64,000 bases of DNA from Narcine bancroftii. Its lineage: Eukaryota. Location of the stretch: the NCBI RefSeq assembly GCF_036971445.1, contig NC_091469.1, positions 234,298,001 to 234,362,000 of the forward strand, in the 5' to 3' direction. The notes under the pieces are model-generated. The model was given only the letters and a program-made list of their open reading frames with translations, was not told the origin of the DNA and searched no databases. Both the position numbers and the translations under genes were made by a program. Shown piece by piece: positions 53,170-64,000 of this stretch (positions within the stretch are counted from its first letter, which is position 1; every line of letters starts with the position of its first letter).

Positions 53170-53740
53170 TTTAAATATAACCATATAACAATTACAGCAC
53201 AGAAACAGGCCATCTCAACCCTTCTAGACCACACCGAACCAAGTAGTCTCCTCTAGTCCCACCTACCTGCACCTTGCCCATAACCCTCCATTCCCCACCC
53301 ATCCATATACCTATCCAATTTTTCCGTAAATGACAAAATGAACCGTTGCCACTAGTTCTCCCAGAAGCTCATTCCATACAGCCACCACTCTCTGTGAAGA
53401 AGTTCCCCCCTCATGTTACTTCTAAACATTTGCCCCTTAACTCTTAATTCATAGCCTCTTGTTTCAATCTCTCCAACCATCAAGGGAAAAAGCCTATCCA
53501 CAACAACCCCATCTATCCCCTTCATAATCTTAAATACCTCAATAAAATCCACCCCCCCTCAACCTTCTACACTCCGAGAATAAAGACCTAATCTGCTCAA
53601 TCTTTCTTTGTAATCTGGATTCTGAAACCTAGGAAACATTTTCATAAATCTTCTCTGCACTCTCTCCACTTTTGTTGATATCCTTCCTATAATTCAGTGA
53701 CCAGAACTACACACAGTTTTCCAAATGTGGCCTCAGCATC
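53170..53740 (-). mobile_element. CR1 3' fragment, same subfamily as 6085-6441
   Basis: ORF 53352-53552 has EVFKIMKGID...LFPL...TRGYELRVKG, with the same terminal sequence as 6085. Confidence 0.88.
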
Positions 53741-54849
53741 ACTTCCTGCAATGCGCTTTGTGCTCTTTCTTGAAAATAGTCATAATCCCAACTTCTCAGA
53801 AGTTATCTAGAATGTTTTTTATTTCAAATACAAGTAGGTAAATCATGAATTTCTTTGGCCAGCATCAAAGTTTCAATCAAATTCACTCAACTTTGGTGGG
53901 TGAACCACATCATCCATACCTCTGAAACGTACACTTTAAGCTCTATCAGATGAAGGAATTCCCAGGATAATGAAAAATACTCCAAGGACATTCATAAAGT
54001 CTCTGGTTGGGGGGGGGGGGGGGGTGGGGAGTAACATCCTATAGACTAGCATGAATCCTTGAACGCTGAAAAGTGTGCACCTGAGAAACCAATGTGATGA
54101 AACTGTGATAGTAGAATCATGTGGAGACTACATATAAACAACAATCTCTCAAACTACTTGCCCACTCACCCCATCAAGCACCACCTGCACAAGAGTAATT
54201 TCACCTTTAGCCACCTCAGAATCCACAGAACTGGAATCACGCCATCCTCAACTCAAAATGTCAATTCAAAGTGATTTTTAAAATTATTCCTAATCCTTAT
54301 GACACTGGATGTTAAAAATATTTTGTTGAAAATGGAGCTTTTACATTGTTTTACAGAAGCATTGAGGACTCTTATGGCTCAAAGCAAAATGTTACTTTTT
54401 CCTGTTTCCTTACACTTCTATGTTAAAGAACAGTATTTTTTCCCCAGCTATAAGCCTCTTCAATCTCCCCTTGTTACACTATTCATAGACTATTCCAATA
54501 CCACAAATTGACTGCACTATTGCAAAGTCATTCTTTTTATTTTAAATACTAGGATAACTGTGACTATTTATCATAAATTTCTTTTGTATTTACTGATTCA
54601 TTTTAATTCAATTATATATACTAATGATTTTTTTAATACCTATTTGGCTACAGTAAGAATTTTGCTATATATATATACACTGTACAACATAAATGACAAT
54701 AAACTCATCATTATAACATTGACTCAATACCTAATGGCCTATGGTAACTCTCAGAGCTATCCATTCCCCGTGAGATATTCTTTCAGTCTTGCCTTTAACA
54801 TCACTCTGATTCTCCTTCCAACAATCTATAACTACAATAGGATCAATTT

Positions 54850-55159
54850 CTTTCTTCTTCTTTGGCTTGGCTTCGCGGACGAAGATTTATGGAGGGGTAA
54901 TGTCCACATCAGCTGCAGGCTCGTTTGTGGCTGACAAGTCCGATGCGGGAGAGGCAGACACGGTTGCAGCGGTTGCAAGGGAAAATTGGTGGGTTGGGGT
55001 TGGGTGTTGGGTTTTTCCTCCTTTGTCTTTTGACAGTGAAGTGGGCTCTGCGGTCTTCTTCAAAGGCGGTTGCTGCCCGCCGAACTGTGAGGCGCCAAGA
55101 TGCACAGTTTGAGGCGATATCAGCCCACTGGCAGTGGTCAATGTGGCAGGCACCAAGAG
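54850..55159 (-). mobile_element. Young RTE 3' fragment
   Basis: Near-identical reverse complement of the 3' end of 18155-19173, with a GAA-type tail and a possible TSD TCAATTT. Confidence 0.92.
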
Positions 55160-56175
55160 CTTTCAATTTAGTCACACCAATTGCCACATACTTGGCATAT
55201 GAAAGGAAACTAGAGCACTTAGAGGAAACACATATAATTAGGAAGAACATGTAAACTCCACCCAGGTAATACTGGTGATCAAAATCAAGCCCATTCAAAT
55301 CCTTCAGCTAAATTGGACAACAACCTATATTCTTATTGAAAGAGACAAAAGGAAAAAGATTTAAGGTAAAATTAATGGTCCAAAAGAACAAGGATAAAAA
55401 TAAAACAACACAACAGTATCTACTGAGATAATTGAAATTTTCATCATCCAGATATGTAATTTTTCTTGCCAGGAAAGGTAATGGATACAGCAGTTAATAG
55501 CACACAAGGCAATGCTAGCCAAAGGAAGCACTAACCAGCCGAATACCACTTCCCAATTGTTGCCCTGTATCACTGTAGGTTGTAGAACAGCAAACCTTCA
55601 ACTGGTAATTTTTAAATGTGGTGAGGTTTACATACTCTACCACACTCTTAGATGTGAATTTCTGATTTCCAAATACTGCAGGGTGCAATTTATCTCCCTC
55701 TCTTCTTAATATAACTTTCTAATAAATACTAAAAAACATGATCCCCAAATTATTTGCCTACCTACTAATAGAAAAATTACCTTACTATCCACTTTATCCA
55801 TCTCATGAATTTTTTACTCTTCAAATATCCTCTGAATCTTTCATCCATAATATCCCGCATCAATCTTGTCAATGTTTAGTCAAGCTTCATTTCTCCAGCC
55901 GTAGAAACATCCTTGTAAATCTCTCACATACTTTCCAATGCTGTCACATCCTTCCTGAGATACGATAAATAGAACTGTACTGGGGAGGTGGGGTAGAATC
56001 AGGATTCAGATGTCCTGTGTTGAGACCAGGTTTTGAATACATTGAGGAAGATGAATGGACTTCTAGACACAAGATAAAGAAATATGGAGCGACAGCTAGG
56101 CTTATGACACAGATCGCGGGGCTTGTGACACGGATCGAGAAGAGTCCAGATGCTAATGGGACTGGGGTGTCAGAG

Positions 56176-56280
56176 GGCGAGGTACTGGGGGCAGAGCAAG
56201 CATTGGGGGACGAGGTACTGGTGGCAGAGTTGGCATAGGGGAGGGGTGAGGCACTGGGGCCAGAACAGGCATCGGGGGGG
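56176..56280. repeat. G-rich minisatellite, about 3 x 33 bp
   Basis: Units GGCGAGGTACTGGGGGCAGAGCAAGCATTGGGG, GACGAGGTACTGGTGGCAGAGTTGGCATAGGGG and GGTGAGGCACTGGGGCCAGAACAGGCATCGGGG. Confidence 0.8.
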
Positions 56281-56684
56281 CCATTTAATGCTTGACCATC
56301 TATAATAAGTACAAAGAATAAAAGATGATGTGTGCACTTAACAGGTCAGGCATAAACTGTGGAGCAAAACAGTCAACAGGCTAATGCCCCTTCATTTGAA
56401 CTAGAAAATATAGAAAACAACTGTTTGAAAATGCTGCAATCTCACAGGATAAAGAGGGATGGAGAGAACAAGGGGAATATCCAAAGTCGGGTAGAGACCA
56501 GAACTGCCTTTGGCAACTGTATCTAAGAAATGAACAAGGATGATGAGCAAAAGACAGGGAGAATATGTTGAAGTGTGAAAAGCACTTCACAGGGGAAATA
56601 TGCAATAAATGAATGATGGAATTACTCAGCAGATCAGGAGGCATCTGTGGAGATAAAATATAAAAAGATTAGTGCAAAAATAAG

Positions 56685-56935
56685 AGAAAAGTCTGTGGTT
56701 TATTATCAATTCAGAAATCCGATGGCAGAGGGGAAGAAGCCGTTTTTGTACCACTGGGCATTTGTCTTCAGGCTCTTGTCCCTCCTTTCTGATGGTAGCA
56801 GTGAGAAGGGGGCATGGTCTAGGTGATGAGGGTCCTTGATGATAGAGGCTGCTTTCTTGAGATACTGTCTCTTATAGTTGTCCTTGAAGACTAATGCCCA
56901 TGATGGTGTTGGCTGAGTTCTACTGACTCTTGTCT
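56685..56935 (-). mobile_element. Rex1/Babar 3' fragment
   Basis: Reverse complement of about 57720-57978. Confidence 0.8.
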
Positions 56936-57224
56936 ATACCAATTTACTATCCAATAGCTTCCTAAATCTGCCATAAACACTCCTTCAACAAGTACCAAAA
57001 CAGCCACACCTTGTTTTGTTAACCACCATATAATCACCCCCAGGCTGAGAAATGGCTTATTCCCACAGGCAGTGAGTCTGCTGAACAACAAACGAACTGC
57101 TAATACAAACCCTCAGAAACTGCTATTTATTTAACAATATTTATTTTTATATATGCATACATTTACTGCATACCTATTTTTATATACGTGTACATGGACT
57201 GCACCTTCTCTGCAACAGGATCCT

Positions 57225-58125
57225 AGACTTCCACATTCAGTGCAGATCAGTAACATCTCCTCCTCACTGACAATCAATCACTTCAAGGTCTACTCCCTCT
57301 ACACCCATAATTGTGTGGCTAGGCACAATTCAAAAGCCATCTACAAATTTGTTGATGATGCCACGGTTGTCGGCAGAATCACAGACAGCAATGAGGAAGC
57401 GGACAGGAGTGTGGTAGCTCAGCTGGTTGAGTGGTGTCACAACAACAACCTTGCACTCAACATTAGCAAAACTAAGGAAATGATTGTGGACTTCAGGAAG
57501 GGGAATCCAGGAGAATATAAACATTCTCATCAAGAGGTCAGCAGTGGAGGGTGTCAACATCTCTGAAGATCTATCCTGGGGTCATCATGTCAATGTAATC
57601 ATGAAGAAGGGGGTCACCACCGGCTATATCTTGTTAGGAGCTTGAAGAGATATCAATACATTACCAAAGTCTTGAAAATGTTTACAGGTGCACTGTGGAG
57701 AGCATTCTGACTGGTTGCATCACTGTCTTGTTTGAAGATACCATTGCACAGGACAACAAAAGACTACAGAGTTGTGAACTCAGTCTTAACTCGATTAGGA
57801 TATCTATAAGAGGCAGTGTCTAAAGAAAGCAGCCTCTATCATCAAGGACCCTCACCACCCTCTTTTCAATACTACCATCAAGAAGTAGGTACAGGAGCCT
57901 GAAGACAAATACCCAGTGTGACAAAAACAGCTTCTTCCCCTCCACCATCAGATTTCTGAATGGACAATGAACCACAGACACGACCTCACTATGCTTCTTC
58001 TTCTTCTTTGGCACCAATTTATTTATTTTTAAATAAAGTATGCAAAAATATTTTATGGCAATTTTTGCACCTGTATTATACAAAACAATAAATTTCATGT
58101 CTATGGCAATGAACCTGATTCTGAT
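57225..58125 (+). mobile_element. Rex1/Babar-type LINE 3' part
   Basis: YSLYTHNC, KFVDDATVVG and WCHNNNLALNISKTKEMIVDFRK motifs, CTGATT-type tail. Confidence 0.88.
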
Positions 58126-59751
58126 ATCATTTATCTGTATGCCTGTTATGTCTACATTTGCAGATTTTTGTGCAGAGGACCAGAGAAAGGTGTTTCATTG
58201 GGTTTTACTTGTACAATCACATGATAATAAACTTGAACTTGTTCGTTGCTCCTTCTCCAGTAAAACCATGAAATCTATTTCATTATATGAAGGCTGCCAA
58301 TTAGACAGATCTGGGCTCAAATGTTTTTTCCCCTAATTAATGGAGGTGTATAAAAAATATGGAATGCTGTAGGGTCAATAGATCTTGAGAACACCTGGTT
58401 ACAGTAGTTAAACCCAAGTCACTCAATATCCAGACTTCCAACTGCCATTTTCATGATCAAGTTTCATCCCACCGTTTCAACAATCTTCCCGCTACAATTT
58501 CCTCATTCTTATACCAACCACTCTAATGTCCAGCCACGCTTTCTCTGTTCATGTTCTTCAAACTGATAACAATGTGATCCCCTGGTGATGTTTAAACTTG
58601 CCCTACCCCAAATTTAAATCATCTTCACAGATTCAGCCCAGATTGCCAGAGCATATTTATGAAACACTCAGTTCAAAAGTCCTTCTTTCATGATCTTCAG
58701 TTTCATTTTGTTTTGCACACCCCAACTCTATTGGCCACAGTTCCCACCTGTCTGCTCTGGATGTGGGGATCCTACCTCGCAGAAACTACACATCTAATGA
58801 TCAGATGAAGAGGCCTCAGGAGCAAGTTGGTCTCGGGTGCATATTGCCAAGACACTTTCCCCACAATGCCCTCACCAAATGGTGGTGGAGTTTTGTTTTC
58901 TGTGCACAGCTACAAGGTTTTTCTACATTTTTATTAAAATATTTATAAAATTTTTCACAAATTAAAATTTATGTATCTGTTATGTCTGGTTATGTGTTTG
59001 CATCTTTTTGCACTGAGGCTGGGAGAACACCATTTCATTGTGTTGTCCTTGGATAATCGGATGATAAACTTGAACTTGATACTCAGCAATGGAATACATG
59101 GAAACAATGCCACTTAATTAATCCCAGAGTCCCATATTTGGTTGCACAAATATTAAACTTTGAGAAATACCAAAGATTAATCAAACTTAAAAAATGTGAA
59201 ATTCAACAAGGAAACTAGTTTTAGAGCAGATGTAAAGACAGTAAATAAAGCTCCCTTTTCCTTGCCAGATATTTCAACATACTGTACATTATTGTATCAT
59301 GGTGCTCAAGGGTTGAACCATAGATTTCCTTATTCATAGAAAAAAGCAGAGGCTTTAAAAATCTTAAAAGTTGCTCTTTACCAATATTTGCATTAAGTTG
59401 CCTTGGCAACTGTGTTTATATTACAACTCTATTTTCAAGATTTAAATTATTGTCATGGAAATAAAAGTGTCATATTAAATGACATTTCCTTTGGCCTGCT
59501 GCGAGGCAGACAAATTCACCACCAGAAGGAATTGCCTAAGCACCACAGTCACACTTACAGTCAGAGAGATTCTCTCCTCTCCCCACCCCCTCCTCACCCG
59601 CCCGAGACACTGAGTTTCCTTAGATTCGCTTCTGCAGCCAAATGAGGTAATAGCAGAAATGCAAATATATATCCTACACCTCAGGGATTTTGGATAATAC
59701 CACAAACTGCAAGAATAAAGTAAGAATTGCTACAACTAATTCACGTTCAAT

Positions 59752-59990
59752 AGGGCAGCACAGTTGGCATAGCGGTTAGCACAATCCCTTTACAGTGCCA
59801 GTGATTGGGAGCAGTCGGGGTTCAAATTCTACGCTGTCTGTTTTTGTTGTAAATGTGTAGGTTTTCTCTGGGGGCTCCAGATTCCTCCCACCATTCAAAA
59901 ACATAGAGAGATATAGGTTAATGGAGTGTAAATTGGGCTGCATGGACTTGTGGGCCGAAATAGCCTGTATGTCTAAATTTTTTTTTAAAA
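59752..59990 (+). mobile_element. tRNA-derived V-domain-type SINE
   Basis: A-box-like TGGCATAGCGG, B-box-like GGTTCAAATTC, core GGTTTTCTCTGGGGGCTCCAGATTCCTCCCAC, and a CR1-like tail. Confidence 0.78.
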
Positions 59991-60593
59991 ATTACACTTT
60001 CACTCTTAGCATACTGTATCCAATCCTGGTCATTTAACTTTTAGAAAGATGTGAACAGTAGGAGTGGGCACAGAAAAGATTTAGTCCTTTATCACATACA
60101 ATTAACTAATACCTTTTGTTGGTCTGGATTTATCCTGTCTGCCTTTTCTGATTTTTCCTTGAAGGGCTCAGGCCCGAAACGTCAGCAATACATCTTTGTC
60201 TCCTACAGATGCTGAAAGGTGCAGCTGAGTTCCTCCAGCGTTTCGGTGTTTTTACTACAATCACAGCTTCTGCAGCCTATCGTTTTTCCACACAGAAAAG
60301 ATTTACCAGCCATGAGGAATTCCCGATACAAGGTCAAGGTGCAGATGCCTGTTCTCCATGCAAAACAAGGTTGACAGAGCTGCAGAAAGTCAGGGCTGTT
60401 TTAGACAGGGGAGATGGCAGGAAACAGTTCTTATGAATCCATGGTTCAAGGCCCAATTGGCACAGATTTAAAGTTTTTGCTAAAAGGTGCAAAGGGGAAG
60501 CAAATAACACATTTTATTTCTTTTTATTTTAAGACAATAGTCATGATCTAAATGTTGGTCCTGCAAGGTTGATGGAAACAGAATCAAATAGGG

Positions 60594-60969
60594 CAGTGGT
60601 TCTCAACCTTTTTCTTTCCACTCACATTCCACTTTAAATATTCCCTATCCCATGGGTGCTCTGTGATTGGTAAGGGATTGTTTAAGGTGGGATGTGGGTG
60701 GAAAGAAAAAGATTGAAAACCCCTGTTTTAATTGTATCTAATTGACTTGTTATATGCACGGTTTCATAACTCCAAAGGAAATGGGCCAATCACAATTTTT
60801 CCTCAAGCAAAATATTTCAGTAACAATTGGGTCTAGAGCAGTGATTCTCCACCTTCCCTTCCCACTCACATAACACTTTAAGCAATCCCTTACTTATCAT
60901 GGAGCACCGATGGCATAGGGAATACTTAAAGTAGTATGTGAGTGGAAAGAAAAAGGTTGAGAACCACTG
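60594..60969. mobile_element. hAT-type MITE (376 bp) inside a CR1 remnant
   Basis: Inverted termini CAGTGGTTCTCAACCTTTTTCTTTCCACTCACA / TGTGAGTGGAAAGAAAAAGGTTGAGAACCACTG. 8-bp TSD AAATAGGG / AATTAGGG. Confidence 0.92.
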
Positions 60970-63900
60970 AATTAGGGCTTCTCAAAGGGAACTGGATAGG
61001 CACTCAAGGAAAAGTAAGTAGTAGTACAATGGAGAATTTGATTTGGTTCTGATTCCCTTCCCATAAGACATAATAGATTCAATACATCATGCAACATCTT
61101 TTGTATGAGAACAATATTTATGATTCTACACACAGTACAACTTTGTCACTAGCTTTATTTATAATGTTTTATCAGATGAACAAATAAATTTGCTTTATTT
61201 CTAAAGCTATTGTTTAGAACTAAGGATATTATTTCAAATAAGCCTTTCATTCATACCTGTAAGATTATACTGTTTGTTGTCATGACAGAGCACAATATTT
61301 TAAGTAAAATATCAAACTTCTGGAGTGAAAATTTCACCAAATGTATGACAAGCTGTAAAAACACATCCCCCATTTTCACCAAATATCCAGAGGCAAAAAG
61401 ATTATACGTTCACTGCTGAATATTAAATTTGGAATAAAATAATGCAAGTATATGTTGACATATACTATATAGCTTAGTGAATAGAATATACTCAGTTAAA
61501 TGACAGGGTCACAATTAGACCAGCAAGAAGCCATTTTATCTTGGATTGTGCTGAGTTAGCCAAGACAACAGTTTGTGCTAAGATCAAACCAAGCATCCTG
61601 GTTATAGAGGGAATAAAATGGACAGAGTTCTAGAGCAACCTCTCATGAAAAAAGGTAGATATCAGGTACACAGCAAATTGGTTTGCACATACTCTATGAG
61701 TAATTGTTTGCCAAAAAACAAGAAAACTAAAAAATGGCATCACAGAAAAATACTGCAATTATACCAATTCCCTAACTGGATTACTAAACTGTGGTTGCAG
61801 ATCTCATTGTACTATTTGGGACACACCCAAGCAAGTTACTTCCCATCAATTTTTAAAATATTGTTTATCTGACAGTAATGCAATAACTGCAATAATACAC
61901 AATTTCTACATACAAACTGTTAGATATATGACACAAAATAATATTTTCTGCTAAAATAAACATGTTGAATAGGCTGGAGGTTGAGAACCACTGCCCTAAC
62001 ACAAAGCCTAGACCTTAACATGGATGACTAGAATCTACAGATAAAACAGCAAATTCAGAGCTCCTAATTAGTCTCGGATTTGTCCATGGTAGATATCGTT
62101 TTCGTCAGATCATTTTAGTAGGCAAGCAGCTAAAAAGATGTAGATAAGCAAACCTCTTTACTTCCTGCAGAACCAGGAAGTGACCTTGATCAAAATCATG
62201 TGGGAGCCAAGCCATCACAATCCACTGTGAAGGCCACAAGTAGGTGTATGGTTAATGAAGGAGCAAACAAAAAAAAAAATTCTATAGCAAAGGGCAAAAA
62301 TATGGGTAGCAAAAAACATTACTTTCTTTGATCAAACAATGTTATTTTTGATTTTTAAAAAATGACCAGATTAAATCATCTCAAAATTTCAGCTACTGAA
62401 TCGATGAAAGATCAAAAATACCATTCAGCTTCAGTTATTTTAACAATGAGATAGACCATTTATATACCTAAAAATATATTTGCAAGCTTGCACTTTCTGG
62501 TAAATACAATTTACCTTTCCAAATTATTTCACTAAATTACATTAATTTCACCTACACTTGTAGATGTATAAATTATGCTTCCAACAGACACTTCGTACAT
62601 ACTATAAAAATGCACCAATGTCCATTAGGTTATGATTATTTAGACTCCTGTCCACATGGCCACAAATTACAGTTTGTTTTCTCTAATTTCTAAAATAAAG
62701 TTCAGAGGTTAAAAGATTTCATAAATCTGCATGGCAAACGTTTGCCGAAGACCCAAGTTGCAAAAAATTTAAAAATAATGTGACATTAATCAGAGACCTG
62801 ACTACCATTAGTTACCATTTCAGCCCATTCATTCCAATTGAATATTCCATCTTTTAGAATCAAATGGATGAGATGACATTGCCTGATACATTTTGAAAAT
62901 GCATTACAGCATCATCTGCATCTCAAAAATGGCATTGGCCTTCTCACCTCTCAACTTTGTAATTTCCACATCAGTTTGGAGGCCACAAATCCTTTCACAT
63001 TGCTAAAATCATTTCATTCCAAAGCAGCCACAAACATAGCACATTCCTCCCAGTTCTGCACCTCATCTACTCCATAACAACCATCAACTACAGTGCATGT
63101 CCTACCAGACTGATGCAGAAATTACAAAACCTCTTTCCCAGTTCTGAGAAAAAGGTTTTTGATGTGAAACCTCAATACTATTTCCTTTCCTCCTTTCTAC
63201 CTGTCTGGTTGAGAGTTTTCAGCATTTGTTTAGACAAAATACATAATATCCCCCCCATCTACTCCAAAAAAACACTAGAAGGGAAAAAAGACTTTCAACA
63301 TCTACAGGTCACTTTCATTTGGAACCATAATCTAGAATTTTGGATGCTTTTTTAAAAAAAAATGCATCAAACTCTCTAAATAGTTCAGTACTAAATGCAA
63401 TTCCTCACATTACATTAAATCAGAAACAATAAAATGAGAAAATTCAATTCCTACTAGTCTCTGGTGAATTGGATATAGTGGACAGTGGAGCCATGATTAA
63501 GCTCAGTAATTCCAAGTGGGAAAGACAGGTCACTTCTGCAGGCTGTTACGATCAATCAAGAGAACAGGTTTAGGTTACAATGACCACAACTACTGCATCA
63601 TGAGTGAGGTTTGCATTAGGCAAATCTGCACTATAGGGAGGGGGCACTCAAGGTTTTTCATAACACAAAATGTAATATCTTGCACATGTCAAAAAAAAAA
63701 ACCAATTTGAAAAAAGTTGATTTACCTACTTTTTTCTCCGCACAACTTTAAAAGAAAATATATACAGAGGATGGTGTCTAGAATAGACTGTTGGAGGAAA
63801 TGGTTCAAGCAAGTACTATGGCAATTTTTTTTTTTTTAAAATGGGACAGATTCATGGATGGAATGGGTTTCGAGAGATAAAGGCCAAAAACAGGCAGGTG

Positions 63901-64000
63901 GGACAAGTGTGAGTGGGTCTTTTTGACCAGCATGGTAACGCAGGACCAATGGGCTTTTTTCCACCCTGCACAATCCAAATTCACGATTTCATTATGTATT

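Noticed and set aside
56017-56280. 73-aa ORF with a repeated EVLGAE motif, or a CRISPR-like array
   Set aside because: A degenerate minisatellite with no unique spacers and no splice or homology support.
59752-59835. tRNA gene
   Set aside because: The A/B boxes belong to a SINE head, with no cloverleaf and SINE core sequence following.

Overview
Eukaryotic, vertebrate genomic DNA. The repeat repertoire (CR1, Rex/Babar, RTE, L1, Penelope, V-domain SINEs) suggests a cartilaginous fish, but that is inference. The window holds two spliced genes in the convergent arrangement known from the human APC-SRP19-REEP5 locus. SRP19 (+) is complete: 5 coding exons at 5064-13040, 142 aa, a CpG-island promoter, and a GC-AG intron 4. 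REEP5 (-) is partial: its last three coding exons are at 35929-35791, 16914-16746 and 15106-15060, and exons 1-2 were not found and probably lie beyond 64000. Most of the rest is nested, decayed transposable elements, plus a 189-N gap. I found no convincing novel multi-gene system. The best signals are the obligatory GC splice donor, a locally templated insertion inside a four-level TE nest, an L1 with two 3' ends under one target-site duplication (TSD), inverted young RTE copies around REEP5 exon 3, and a motif-dense candidate enhancer. TE boundaries without a TSD are approximate, and family names and identity values come from reading by eye, not from a database search.
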